A DNA stretch of 64,000 bases from contig NC_081362.1 of assembly GCF_030684315.1 (NCBI RefSeq), positions 10,596,589-10,660,588 of the forward strand, written 5' to 3'. The position numbers and the translations under genes were made by a program. Shown here one piece after another: positions 22,701 to 36,555 of the stretch (the first letter of the stretch is position 1; each line of letters begins with the position of its first letter). The notes under the pieces were generated by a model that saw nothing but the letters and a program-made list of their open reading frames with translations, was not told the origin of the DNA and did no database searches. Origin of the DNA: Stegostoma tigrinum. Lineage: Eukaryota.

Positions 22701-25700
22701 AACATGAACCGTGAAATATTTCACAAAGACCATGAGCAATCCGTCACTCCTCCAAAGCTTTCACAGAAGTTTTTGTAGCCTGCTTTCAACAAGATTGGCT
22801 AAGTTACAATTAGCGGCAGGTCTGCAGCATATCAACTCAGACCATTCTTCAATAATGGTGTGCATTTTATCAATATTATAACACGTGTTGAGAGCTAGCA
22901 TTCCAGACCCATTGTCAGACTTGCACATATGTATGCATGGGTGGACCTTGAAGATTTAGCAGACTTTGCACTGCATGTGAAAATCAGACAAGTTATTGAG
23001 TATTCGGCAATATCTGCTGTAAAGGCCTTGCTTTTTATTTTTGTGTTTTTTATAATTCTGGACTGAAATTGGAAAGAACTGTTCTAAAACCAGTGATTTA
23101 AAGGATTGCCACATGTTTTGAAAAGTAAGTAAACTAATACTTATGGCAAGCATGGTGTAAACTGCTGTTTGAGCTAGTAGTCATTGAAGTGGTTTGCAGA
23201 TGAACTGGGACCAAGGTATTCTGTGTACAGATGCAGCTGGGTGGCAACAAGAAGTTGGTTGGTCTATAGACAAGTGGCCAGTTATTGTTGATAAGGGAAT
23301 TTTGCCCGCCCACAGTCGTCTGGTTGGTAGTCAGGTAACTGAACAGCTAGGAGCTGACAACAATTTCTCGAAAACTGCGCTTTTTATGTCCACCAGTGCA
23401 AAAGCTGTCTGTCTGCACTCTGAATGCGAACCCATTTTAAACCCGAAGAAAATCAGTTCATCTCTCCTTCAGCAATTGTTGTAGGATGTGACTTTTAACT
23501 GGTAACTCAGAGCACTTTTATAAGTGGACGAGCCACCTTGTGTATCTTGCCAACTGGTGGAAGAATCCAACATATTGACCAGCATAGGAATTGTGAGGAT
23601 CGTCACAGCAATTTGTGAATAGGAACCATTGAAATGTTGTCCAGCTTTCCTTTGCTCAAAATCTACTTTTCCCTGTCTATTCACCACCCTGTGTCTGTGT
23701 GTATGTTCAAAAGGTAGTTTATTAGGGGCTTAGATTTTCAATTTGTAGGGTTATATGCCGTTGGTTTATAATCAATTCAAGATTGTTTTGTTGTCACATG
23801 TATCTTGAAAATGCAGTGAAATGTGTTTTGTCACCACAATCTGGTGCCATTCTGAGCTACAGAAACAATAAAAGGAAATAACTTAAATAACAGTTTATCT
23901 CCTACTCAAATTGGGTCTCAATCTTGGCTTCAGGGGTCCTGCAAGGTCTCTGTGCCAGTCCTCAAGGTGTCCCGCTCAGGGAACAGCAAAGATAGCGCCA
24001 ATGCCCCAGGATACCCTGGCTGAGCTGCCATCCAACATCAACAAGAGTCTGGCCTCCGTGCCGATCACTGCCAGGATAACTATTTACCTGCAGCTCAAGT
24101 TTCATTACTTGGTAAGTACAGAAACATTGTCTGTGCTTTCTATCATCCTAGGTCTGAAAATCAGCTAAATTGAACAACTCTGTGTCCTTAGTTTAAGACA
24201 TTTAACTTTTATAACATCTCAAGGAATGGCAGGGCTTGGTGTCCAGCACAGCACCCCAGTGAGTCATGGCTCCATACATTAGATCGGCTCAGCATGCTTT
24301 CCATCTTCATGAACTCACCATCTTCACTGGATGGTTTTCAATTGGATGGCTGGGAATACATGAGTTCGATCTCAACAAATATCTCTTTCCGTTTGCTGTT
24401 GGATAACCAAGGTACACTAACATTGAAATTTTCAAATGGAAAGAACTTGTCCATACATTAAGCCTTTTTAAACAGATGAAAGATTGAAGGACAGACATCC
24501 ACTGTTACATCCTCCATGACAATGCTTCAACCAAACAGAATCGAATTTTCTGGCTTAAAATTAAACAAAAGCTTGGAGATTAACTGTTACTTGGTGCATT
24601 CTACACTGCAATGCTTTGGCTATTCTGTGCCCACTTACCAAACAATCAGCTCCAATTTTCTCATGCAGAATAAATTGTTATTCTGTTCTGATGAATACAG
24701 GACAAAAAAAGCTGCAATAGCATGTTTCTTTTTCCACTAATACTCTATTTATTTTAGTGACTTTCCTATATGATTTTTCACAGTTTCAAAGATCTGAAGA
24801 TGCAATATTATCCAAATGAAATCCAAGTCTAATCCAAGGATTAGAGATGAATCTCTGCTGCAAAGTACTGACATGATCAAAGTCATGAGTCGTATACTAT
24901 TCATTGGGTAGAATCACCAAATCAGTTTCTTAATATGAACTCTTTTGTATTGTCAGTCTGTTAAAATGACTTGCCAGAAAGTCAAAAGTAGTTTTTCTAG
25001 CAAGTATGTAATAAAAATATTTCTCCATTTTCGTCAATCCAGCTATAGCAAAGACAATCCCTCACTCAGCACGGAGTGAAAGTTATACAACACCACATTA
25101 ATAAATCAACAAACTAATGCATGACTTTTCTCCAATTACTGGCAGAAACTGAGTGAACTAGAGCAGTTATTTAAAACTTGCGCCATCTCTTTAGATACTA
25201 ACAATTGAGATACCAACAAATGTTGATTTGCATATCTCTCTACATTATAGGTATTTGTGTATGCTCTTTGATATGAATCCTGATGACTGCAAAGAACATC
25301 TTCAGCTATAATAACTTGTAGTAACAAGATAGTTTGTCAATACCTACTGAAAAATAAATTTCAGATGAAATTTACATTTAAATCACTTAAAATGTGTTCC
25401 AACCAAATCAGATTTATGCAATTCCCATTTGTGATTTTTGGACTTAATGCCAATTTTAAGCATTGCTTTCAATGTTAAGTTTGCAAACAATGCTTTCTAA
25501 AATAATCCCCTAAAAAAATCCCAAGGAAAACCTTGACATGAATAAATTTAAATGCTGACTGAACCAGGAATCCATTTCACGCTTAAAGATTCATTCTGGA
25601 AGAAATCTGTTCAAGAAGTTAACATAATAAAATGTAAATTCTCCTCCTGTATGGTACTATGTTGTAATGCTAGAATTCTGTTAAGATGTAATTAAAGCTC

Positions 25701-25912
25701 TGCCATACTCAAATAGCTGGAATGCATGCATCACATAACTGCATATCTATTTGCAGATTCTTATCTTAGGTCTGGCAGTAAGATACCTTGTTGGATCAAC
25801 CACTACTGAGCGACCAAAGGAGATCTGGAAAGTGGAAAAGTTCTCTCTAGGTCTGCTTCTTGTCTAGTTCCTGCAACTCACACTGTTCTATTCAGAGAAC
25901 ACGATATTTTAT

Positions 25913-26047
25913 AAAAGCCAAAAGAGCCGCGGACGCTATAAATCAGAAACAAAAACAGAAATTCCTGGTAAAGCTCAGCTAGTCTGGCAGCATCAGTGGT
26001 GTGAATTCAGAGTTAACATTTTGGGTTGAGCAATCCTCCCCCAGAAG
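25913..26047 (-). mobile_element. PLE pLTR with tail, family B
   Basis: aaaagccaaaagagccgcggacgctataaatcagaaacaaaaacagaaattcctgg.. matches 58757-58890. Confidence 0.8.
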
Positions 26048-26048
26048 T

Positions 26049-26256
26049 AAGATAACAAAGTGTGAAGCTGGATGAATACAGCAGGCCAAGCAGCATTTTA
26101 GGAGCACAAAAGCTGACGTTTCGGGCCTAGAACCTTAATCAGAAAAGGGGGATGGGGAGATTTTGTGCTCCTAAGATGCTTCTTGGCCTGCTGTGTTCAT
26201 CCAGCATCACACTTTGTTATCTCGGATTCTCCAGCATCCACAGTTCCCATTATCTC
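26049..26256. mobile_element. Foldback PLE pLTR insertion, family A
   Basis: Inverted arms; 15-bp TSD tcctcccccagaagt / tccttccccagaagt (26034-26048, 26257-26271; 1 mismatch). Confidence 0.88.
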
Positions 26257-26759
26257 TCCTTCCCCAGAAGTGTTTTTAAAAATTCTCCCAACAAAAAAAG
26301 AAACCTAACGATTTGTAATGGACAGTAAGTGGAGGATTGATATTGTTTAGCAGAGCTAATGACATAGGATAAACCAACTTGTGAAATCAAGCTTTCTTCT
26401 AAACCAACTTTTGTGAGTTGTCAATAAGTCATCCCAGATTATAAATTCCACAGCAACCGGAAAATCAAGACAAAATTTGAAACTTCATTGTTAAATTACC
26501 CCAAATCTATTGAAGTGGGGTTGAAACAGTCTATAATTCAAGAAGGGGTGAGCAGTTGGTACCAAAATTTGAAGGAATTCAGCAATAATTGAGCCCTAAT
26601 ATTCCTCAATCCAATATAAATATGCAGCTTTCCAATTAAACCACTAAAGTGTCCAATTTGCCTGACTGACTACCATTCAGGACAACAGTGATTAACAACA
26701 GTGTTTGTCATTCATGGAAAAATAACTATTTACTGCACACAAACGTACTACTCAACAAG

Positions 26760-29295
26760 TGGCAAACAGAAATGCAGTGGAAAAGGTGCCAGGGTAAGAC
26801 TGTTAATAGGAAATGAAGTGAGGGCAATTGCGAGAGATGATTAGGCTCGGATGACGTAGAGTCCATTTGGGTGGAGGTTAAATAACAGCAGAGGAAAGTA
26901 AACATTGACAGGGGTGGTGTTCAGACCGCCAAACGGTAGCCACTCCATGGGAAAAGAGTATAATTCAACAAATAACAGAGCACTTAAAAAGAATAGAGCA
27001 ATAATTACCAGCGTCTTTAATCTTCATGTTGATTAGGGTAATCAAATTGAAAAAGGTAGCCACAACAACAAATCTATAGAATGCTTTGGGGATAGTTTCC
27101 CAGACCAATATGTCGTGGAGCCAACAAGGGAGCAAGCTATCTTCAATCCGGCAATGGGTAATAAATGACCTCCCTGAGGAAATGTTGATCATAACATAAC
27201 AGAATTTAATAACCAGTTCGAGTGAGAAACTTGGGTTGGAAAGAATTGTGTTCAACTTAAACAAATGGAATTACAATGAAATGAGGATAGACTTAGCTAA
27301 AGTGAACTCGGCAGATGGGTTAGCAGGAATGACATGAAGCAAGCAGTGTTAGACATTTAAGGAGGTAATTAATGATTATCAGCAAACATACATTTGAGTG
27401 AGTAGGAAAGATTCTAAACATTGGGATAAACCAAGCAGAGCTAACCAAAGAACTAATGAGAGTATTAAGGTGAAACAAAAAAGCATATGTGGAGGCCAAA
27501 GTCAATGATAGCCCTGAAGACTGGGAAAAATTCAAAATCCAGCAAAGGAGGACTAAAGAGATAATACCGACACAGAAAATAAACCATGAAGGCAAGCCAG
27601 CAAGGAATACAAAATCAATAATTAGAGGCGCTTTGAACATATAAAAAGGATGAGACAGGTGAAAGTGGACACAGGCCCCCTAGAAAATGAATCTGGCAAG
27701 ATGGCTTTGGCAAACAAGGAAATGGCAGAAGAGTTAAACAAATACTCTGCATCAGCCTTTATGACAGAAGAACTTCCAACGCTCCATTAATACTAAAGAT
27801 AAAGTGGGAAGAAGAAAAGTACCATCACCATCACTAAAGAGGTAGTATTAGACACACTAATGGGACAAAGCAAGATAAGTCCCATGGCTCTGATGACTTG
27901 CATGCTAGAATCCTAAAAGAAGTAGCTACAGAGACAATGGATAGGTTGTAATTTTCCAAAATTCATCGGATTCTGGAGAAGTACCAGAGGATTGGAAAAC
28001 TGCTAATATGACACACCCAGTTAAAAAGGAGGGGTGGCTGATTAACCTGACATCTTTTGCTGGAATAATACTGGGATCAATTATTAAGAAAGTAATAGCA
28101 AAACATTTGGAAAATTGAAATCTAATCAAGCAGAATAAACATGGCATCATGAAAGGGAAATCATGCCTGACTAATTTATTAGAGTTTTTCAACCAGAGAT
28201 GATAGAGGGGAGCCAGTAAATGTTTTGTTTTTGGACTTTCAGAAGGTGTTCAACAAGGCACTTCACAGAAGGTTTAGTCATATAACAGCCCACAATATTG
28301 GAGGTAGTATATTGGCATGGTTAGAAAATTGGCCTGTGGACAGGAAACAGTGAGTGAGGTTAAGTGGGTCTTTCTCAGGTTGGCAATCTGTAACCAATTG
28401 GGGTTTCACAGGCATCAGTGCTAGGACTGTTCATAAAATTTATTGAGTTGGAGGAAGAAGTGAATATATTATGTAGAAAAGTAGTTTGTGAAAGAGACAA
28501 ACAGCTTATAGACAGATATAGATAGGTTAAGTAAGTGGGCAAAAAACTTGCAAATAGAGTATAATGTGGGAAAATGTGATGTTGTTCGTTTTGGAAGGAT
28601 TAAAAAAGAACAGAAAGGTGCAACACAAAGAGACTTTGGTGGACTTGTGCACAAAACACAGAAAGCTACCATAAGAGGCAGCGAGTATTCAGGAATGTTG
28701 GCACGTATTTCAAAAGGGTTGGAATAAAAGAGTAAAGAGATTTTACTACAAATCGGCAAAGTGCTGGTGAGAACACATCTTTGGTACTGTGCGCAGTTTT
28801 GTTCCTCTTATTTAAGGGAACATTATCATTTTATTGGAGGCAGTTCAGGAAGGCTCATTGGGATGAGGGATTGTCTCATAAGGAAAGGTCAAACAGGTTG
28901 GGACTCTACTCACTGGAATTTAGAAGAATGAGAGGTGATCTCATTGAAAGATATAGGATTCTTGAGTGGCTTGACAGGGTAAATGCTGATTTCCCCTCAT
29001 GGGAAAGTCTAGAACCAGAGTGCACAGACTCAGAATAAAGGGCAGCCAATTTAAGATTGAAATGAGGAGGAATTTGTTTTCTCAGAGGGTTATGAGTCTT
29101 TTGAATTCCTTCAGGGCAGAGTCCTTGTATATATTTAAGGCAGAGATAGTTAGGTTCTTGATCAGGAGGGGAATCAAAGGTTATAAAGATAAGTAGGAAA
29201 GTGGACGTGAGGAACGTCAGATCAGCCTATTCAATGGTGGAGCAGGTTCAATAATTGAGATGGCCTACTCCTGTTCCTACTTCTTGTGGTCTTAA
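26760..29295 (+). mobile_element. Old CR1 LINE ORF2 (APE, RT, 3' UTR), heavily disrupted
   Basis: VESIWVEV, GVVFRPPN, GEVPEDWKTAN, HGIMKGKSCLTNLLEFF, LDFQKVFNK, LGLYSLEFRRMRGDLIE across frames. Confidence 0.9.
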
Positions 29296-29429
29296 TACTC
29301 ATCACTACAATGTAACTGGGACCGGAACTGGACACACTGTTCCAGAAGAGGCCTCACCAACATCTTATACAACCTCAACACAATGTCCCAACTGGTATAC
29401 TCAAAGGTCTGAGCAATGAAGGCAAATAT

Positions 29430-29632
29430 GTAGGCCAGACATTCCTTCCCCAAAGGACATTACAGCATAAATTGGGTTTTTAAGATAGTCTTTACATTCA
29501 GCTAACTTTCAATTGATTCACTGAATTCAAATTTCACCATCTACTGTGATGGGATATGAATCTACATCCCTCGAACATCAGCTTGAATCTCTGGATTAAA
29601 ATCCACTATCAATACCATTACACTATCATACC
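29430..29632 (-). mobile_element. SINE-B, degenerate
   Basis: ttccttcccc.aaggacatt..ctgaattcaaatttcaccatct..tctctggatta. Confidence 0.6.
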
Positions 29633-29827
29633 TTAATCCAGAACTCGTTAGCCATGAACATGTTTATTACCTGCCCAATGAAATTGACAAACAACTTCCA
29701 ATGGTTGATCTTTCTCTGCACCTTCTCTGTAGCTGCAACATTATTCTATTACCCTGATGTGTTTACGTAAGGTATGATTTACCAGGTTAGCATGCAAAAC
29801 AATACTCTTCACTGTACCTCAGTACAC

Positions 29828-30138
29828 AGAATCATAGAATCCCTACAATGTGGAATAGTGACCTTCCAAAAAGCAACCCACCAGATCCACCCCTATAACC
29901 CTGCATTTCCCATGGCTAATCCACCTAGCCTACACACTATGGGGCAATTTAACATGACCAACACATCTAACTTGCACAACTTTGGACTGTGGGAGGAAAC
30001 CGGAGCACCTGAAGGGAAACCATGCAGACATGGGAAGAATGTGCAAGCTCCGCACAGACAGTCACCCAAGGCTGGAAATGAACCTGGGTCCCTGGCGGTG
30101 TGAGGCAGTAGTGTTAACCACTGAGCCACTGTGCTGCC
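29828..30138 (-). mobile_element. V-SINE (HE1-like)
   Basis: Reverse match to 3856-4175 including the A and B boxes. Confidence 0.85.
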
Positions 30139-30454
30139 CTACACAAGGCTGTCAGCTGACAAGTAATACATTTGAAAGAAGTGCACTATAAATACATGTT
30201 TTCACTCAACATGTAAAGTCTCAAAAAACTGCTGCAGAACTTGTCAGTGGAATGCATGGGGCTGGTCTTACATCTGTTATATACCAGCACCTGTGCTCAA
30301 TATGTGATATGTGACAATTATAAATCAAATCAAATCAAACATGTCCATGGGAGTCAGTAACAGCTGGAATGATCTTGTTGAGCCAGGCTTGATGCAAAAA
30401 GGTGCCTTACAAGCTATAAGCAAATGTCTCTTTATAAAACAAGAGTGTCAGAAA

Positions 30455-30692
30455 ATAATAGAGGTTTATAGCACAGAAAAAGTTCCTTTGGTCCACTGAT
30501 TCTGCGTCAGTCAGGAACAAGTACCTGACCATTCTAATCCTACTTTCCAGAACTTGGCCCATAGCCTTGTATGACTTGGCATTACAAGCACACGTCTAAG
30601 TACTTCTTAAATATACTGAGGGTCGCTACCACTGTTAGAGGCAGAGTTCCAGATTGCCACGACCCTCTAGGTGAAAATAAATCCTCTCTTAC
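30455..30692 (-). mobile_element. Old CR1 3' fragment (left part; continues at ~32193-32640)
   Basis: CR1-type 3' UTR and ORF end in reverse; sequence resumes after the + strand CR1. Confidence 0.65.
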
Positions 30693-30694
30693 CC

Positions 30695-32180
30695 CTGGGA
30701 AGTAAGGGAGGAAATTGCAAGAACCCTTGAAGAAATATATGCATCACCTACAATTACAGGTGAGGTGCCTGATGACTGGAGGATGGCAAATGTTGTACCT
30801 TTGTTTAAGAAAGGTTGTAAGGAAAAACCTGTGACCTATAGGCTTGTGAGTCTTACTTCAGTCATGGGTAAATTGTTTGAGGTGATTATAAAAGATAGGA
30901 TTACGGACACATAGAGAAACAGAAATTGATTAGGGATAGTCAGCCTGGTTTTGCGCGAGGAAAACCATGTCTCTTAAACTCGATTGAGTTTTTTTGAGGA
31001 AGTTGCCAAAAAGGTTGATGATGACAAAGCAGTAGACATTGTTTATTTGGATTTTAGTCAGGCCTTCGACAAGATGCCGCATGGTACTCTAATTAGTAAA
31101 ATTAGGTCACATGGGATTCAGGGTGAGCTTGCCAATAAGATACATAATTGGCTTAATGGCAGGAGAGAGAGAGTAATGGTGGAGAGCTGCTGTTCGAGTG
31201 GAAGGCCTGTCACCACCGGTATTTCACAAGGACCCTTTTGGATTGATTTGGATGAGAATACAGAAGGCAGTAAATTTGTAGATGACATCAAAGTCAGTAG
31301 CACAGTAGATAGTGAAGAAGGTTTTCCGAGATTACGAAGGGATTTTGATCAAATAAGTCAATGGGATGAAAAATGGTTAGTGGAGTTCAATTTGGATAAA
31401 TGTGAGGTATTCTACTTTGGTATAACAAACAAGGGTAGGGCTTATGCAATTAATGGTAGGGCCTTGGGTAATGATGTAGAACAGAGGGAGCAAGGCGTGA
31501 AGGTGGATAATTCTTTGAAATTTGCCTCACATATAGACAGGATTGTTAAAAAGGAGTTTGGCACGCTTGCCTTCATTGCTCAATCCTTTGCACATGGGAG
31601 GTGGGAAGTCATGTTGAAGTTGTACAGGATATTGGTGAGGCCTCTTCCGGAATACAGGGTCCAGCTCTGCTCGCTCAGCTTTGGAAGCTGGAGAGGGTTC
31701 AGAAGAGATTTTCCAGGATGTTGCTGGGTATGGATGGTTTTAGTTATACAGAAAAGCTGGACAGACTGGGACCTTTTTCACTGGAGCGTAGGAGATTGAG
31801 AGGTGACCTTATGGAAGTTTACAAAATAATGAGAGGTATAGATAGAATTAATTGTAGTTGTCTTTTCTCTAGGATGGGGGATTTCAAGACTAGGGGGCAT
31901 ATTTTTAAGGCGAGAGAAGAGAGATTTAGAAAAGACATAAGGGTTAATTTTGTTTTTACACAGAGGGTGGTTCATATGTGGAATGAACTTCCTGAGGAAG
32001 TGGTGGATATAGGTAGAATTACATTTAAAAGACATTTGAATAGGTACATGAACAGGAAAAGTTTGGAGGGATATGGGCCAGGAGCAGGCAGGTAGGACTA
32101 GTTTAGTTTGGGATTACATTCAGCATGGACTGGTTGGGCTGAAGTATCTGTTTCCATGCTACATGACTCTACGACTCAAT
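30695..32180 (+). mobile_element. CR1 LINE RT and 3' UTR, 5'-truncated
   Basis: ORF 30984-31799 VDIVYLDFSQAFDKMPH..SKFVDD..FNLDKCEV; ORF 31601-32095 LERVQKRFSRM..LRGDLMEVYKIM; gactcta-type tail. Confidence 0.95.
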
Positions 32181-32352
32181 GACACGAAAACGTCTGCTCC
32201 TTACATTAAATCTACACCCCCGGGCATTGATTTCTCCACCAAGGGAAAAATATTTCTTCTCTGCCTTGCCTATGCCCCTCGTAATTTTATACATCACAAT
32301 CAGGTTCATCGCATAATCTTCTCTGCTCCCAGGAAAACAACCCCAATGTATC

Positions 32353-32567
32353 TAAGATAGTAGGAACTGCAGATGCTGGAGAATCTGAGATAACAAGGTG
32401 TAGAGCTGGATGAACACAGCAGGCCAAGCAGCATCATAGGTGCAGAAAGGCTGATGTTTCGGGCCTAGACCCTTCTTCTCATGAATGGTTTAGGCCCGAA
32501 ACATCAGCCTTCTTGCTCCTATGATGCTGCTTGGCTGCTGTGTTCATCCATCTCTACACCTCGTTAT
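32353..32567. mobile_element. Foldback PLE pLTR insertion, family A
   Basis: Inverted arms; exact 11-bp TSD cccaatgtatc at 32342-32352 and 32568-32578. Confidence 0.9.
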
Positions 32568-33180
32568 CCCAATGTATCATATCTGTCTTCATAAGAAAAA
32601 GTCTCCAGCCCAGGCAACATCCTGGTAAATCTCTTCTGCATGACTACAGAGACTTGTGGACTATGATGATAATTACGGCAGAATTCCTGGTTTCAGGCAT
32701 GCAACCTGGAAGACTGAATGTCTCTTGCGCCAGCTGGGTACTCTTTCAGCGGTGTTCACAATGCAGAAGCCAGAACACTAACACAGAATCTATTTTGGAT
32801 AAATAGGCAGCTGTGAGTTTAATTTGATCTCCATCCTATATATCATCTCAGTGCTGCTAAATTACCAATAAAATCTGACTGTTGGCAGCTTTGAGTTTTC
32901 ATTACAGACAACCAAAAATACACAGAGTGCAAATCATATGCATTTGTGGCATCATGTCAAACATCCAAACCTAAATTGTTACTGTCATTACAGTGTAGAA
33001 ATATCATTGCAGACCAGAAATCCTCAAGTGATTAGTGTCCTGATTCTTGTGGGTGGTTGTTTAGCTGTGCAATTTCATTTAAACAATAATAAATCAGATT
33101 AGACTTACTGTGTTAATTACAGTGAGTAACCAACAATAAGTCAGCAGGGTAATATTAATTCTGAATGACACACCATAAAA

Positions 33181-33500
33181 CGGCACGGTGGCTCAATGGT
33201 TAGTGTTGCTGCCTTACAGTACCAGGGACCCGGGTTTGCTTCCGCCCTCAGACGACTGTCTGTCTGAAGTTTTCATGTTCTCCCCGTGTCTGTGCGGGTT
33301 TCCTCCAGGTGCTCTGGTTTCCTCCCACACTCCAAACATCTGCAGGTTAGGTGGATTGGCCAAGCTAAGTTGCCCATAGTGTTCAGGGGTGTCAAGGCTA
33401 AGTCGATTAGTCATGGGAAATGCAGGGTTACAGGGATGGGGTAAGGGTGTGGGTCTGGGTGGGATGGTTGGTGTGGTCCAAGTGGCCTGTTTCCACACTG
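33181..33500 (+). mobile_element. V-SINE (HE1-like)
   Basis: cggcacggtggctcaatggttag.. with V-domain and CR1-like tail. Confidence 0.85.
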
Positions 33501-33749
33501 GAGTTGGGATTCCCACTAGTTTGGCAAACAGGTTTTGGTGAACTGAAATCTAATTTTTGGCTGGTCATACTTTAGCAAATGTGAATATAAGTGAAAATCC
33601 CTGAAAATTTTACTTGGATTTTCCCGCTGCCTGCTGCTGACTTCAGAAGAAAGTGCCTGCAGAGATGCAGCAATCTCTTGGTTTGTATTTCCCCATTTCC
33701 CTGGTTCAGTCTGAACCTCAAAGCCAAATCAAAGAGGTCATACATTTTT

Positions 33750-33985
33750 CTCAAGAAGGGTCCAGATCCAAAACGTCAGCTTTCCTGCTCGGCCTGCTGC
33801 ATTCATCCAGCTCCACCTCTTATTATCTCATATCAATGCCCCACCTGTTTGTAACAGGTGGGAATAACTCCACCTGGCTGTGTCTTTATGGAAAATCAAT
33901 TGCTGGAATAGCTCCGGAGGTCTGGCAGCATCTGTGGAGAGAAAGCAAAACTAATGCTTTGGGTCCAGTGACCTTTTCTCAGAAT
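33750..33985. mobile_element. Two PLE pLTR fragments (family A, +, 33750-33830; family B, -, 33895-33985)
   Basis: aagaagggtccagatccaaaacgtcagc.. and ttgctggaatagctc..gggtccagtgacc..tcagaa. Confidence 0.7.
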
Positions 33986-36523
33986 TCAAGACCCATGCTC
34001 AAAACTTCATAGAAGGTCTGTCCAAGGTCACCTGGCAGCACTGGCTCTCCTTCCTTTCAAAGGTGCCAGTTAGACCAACATTGGCCAATTTACAGCCTTT
34101 CAAGGAACTTGTAAGTTCATGTGTGTGCCACCCATTTTGCCGCTGCAGTTCTTTCCAACAAAAGGGAAGGGAGGCCTGGATTACTGTCACTCATGGCCCA
34201 TCACTCACCCATTCCCCCCATGTGGTTAAAATCAACCCTGTTTGGAAATGCAATGCGTGATTTAGTGTTGCCATCCTCTTATGGGTTTACCCTGCCCTTA
34301 TGAGTATTTTATTCTGACGTGAAGGTAACGTAAATCTGCAATGTACATCTACCTTAATTCCACTGCAAACGCGATCCTTCAAAACTACTGCTTGTTGAAG
34401 TCATGAACGTGCTTGAATCCTGTAATGGGATTCCCTTTCAACCAACAAGAGTTGTTTGAATTACAGAACATGATCTTTGTTTGAAGAAACAACTTTGTGT
34501 AGCAAATGCATTAGATTGTAACTTACCCTGCCAGGTCATCCAAATTCGGTTAAATATTAAAACTGTGCCAACACTGATGTCTAACCATTACCAAGCTAAT
34601 ATTGTTTACTCCACTGACCAATGGTGTGCATAAATATGAGCTGTACATCAATACAGGCATATAGAAGTGATTTATCCAAATAATTCATAGCTTGTCAGGT
34701 AGTTTTGTGTGAAGCACATCTGGCCAGGATTGATTAACAGGAAATCTAGTCTAAACAGATACTTTGGAATTTGCTTGAAGCCTTGAGGAACGCAGGTTAC
34801 TTCATACCGATCCTTCCCGTAGGATTTCAGAATGATGAAGTAAAACCGATGATGGATCGAGCCTGACTTGAAACTGCAACGTCACTCCGTCACTGTTACT
34901 CGGTCAACGTGCTGAAAGTCCCATCGTCGGTTTAACTTTATCCCTCGGACTGCAGTGATGCAGGAAGTTGACTCACTACCATCTTCTCCAGGGCAATTAG
35001 GGCTGGGTAATAAACACTGGCCCAGCCAACGATACTCACATCCCATGACCACATTTTTAAAAATAATATTGTGCCGTGGATGGAACAGATTAAGTGGAAT
35101 GTTTGCCTCAATTCTATGGGTTCTTTAAGTTTTTACATTGTATATCTCATCCTTTTTGGCAATTGTTCTTTCCATTCCCGACATTCCCAGCTAAGAGGAC
35201 GCTTTCCACTGCAATCCCTTCTTACCTTGCAGTGAAATGTCAAACTGCTGTTCACCTCGATATATCTGGGAAATTCCTGACTTTATGAGAAAGTATATAG
35301 GTTATGGGGAAATAATAACAACACCTCAATGGTCTACAAGTGTACAGCACATTGCTTTGCAATAGCATCTTGTTTGTTAACACAACAAAGTATTAAATAT
35401 TTAACTAACTCGTGATTGTGTAGTTTGAACCCATGCATCTTTGCCACACGTTATGCTGTGTGTACCATGAAACGTTCCTTTGCAGAATTTTACTTCCTGG
35501 CCAGTGGCACCACCTGCTGTTAGTGTCTGCTGCTCTGAGATCCTGCCTGTTCTTTTTAATTCAAAGATTTGAACAGCAACAACAGCCTCATTCATAAATG
35601 GCTAACATGTCTGTACTGCATATTAGGGATGCCCTCATCCCATGAATGAATAAAAACATTCTCGAGCAAACAGACCCTTAATGTTGAGACACTGAACAAA
35701 TTTAAGGAGGAGACAGACACATTTGTAATTAGTAACAGGTTAGAGGGTAAAGGGGTAACAAACTGTGGAGTTGGATGAACACAGCAGGCCAAGCAGCGTC
35801 TCAGAGGGTAAAGGGGAGTGGGCAAGGAAGTAGAGTTGAGGCCTACATGAGATCAGCCATGATCATTATGAATGGTGCAGCAGGCTTGAGGGGGCTGAAT
35901 AGCCTACTCCTGCCCCCAGCTCTTCTGTTCCTATGTAATTGGCCACATGCCACTGGATTCACTGACCTGAAGCAGCCAGGCCTCCTTAAATTGAACTTCC
36001 CTCATCCTGCTGAAAATATTAAATCCATCCCGTCAGACAGTGCCACTAAACAGGGATTTTATTTCTCATTATTCATTGCTGAGATGTGGGAATCGCTGGC
36101 TCAGCCAGCATTGATTGCACATTCCCTAATAGCCAAGAAAGCTACTACGAGTCAAAAAACATTGCTGTGGATCTGGGTCGCCTTGAAAGAGGGACTTTAA
36201 CAGTTTATTATCCATGCAAATCAAACACCATGCATTTAAGGTTCCGCTATCAGGGTTGGTGCTCAAGCCATAAAAGCACATGAAAAGAAACATGAAGGAG
36301 GGTGGTTGTCAGTGAGTTTTCTGCCACACAAAACCCACAAGTGATTGCAATGAAGAAGACTTAGGAGAGACAGTGTATTACGGCTGTCCCTGAAAATGGC
36401 AACTCCCCCTACCTGAACAAATGCGCTGGGCTGAATTTCATGGGCAGCTTTTCAGGAACAGGGTAATAAAATGTGAGGCTGGATGAACACAGCAGGCCAA
36501 GCAGCATCTCAGGAGCACAAATG

Positions 36524-36555
36524 CTGACGTTTCGGGCCTAGACCCTTCATCAGAG
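36524..36555 (-). ncRNA. Minimal type I hammerhead ribozyme motif
   Basis: Reverse complement CTGATGA-A-GGGT-ctag-GCCC-GAAA-CGTC. Confidence 0.7.
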
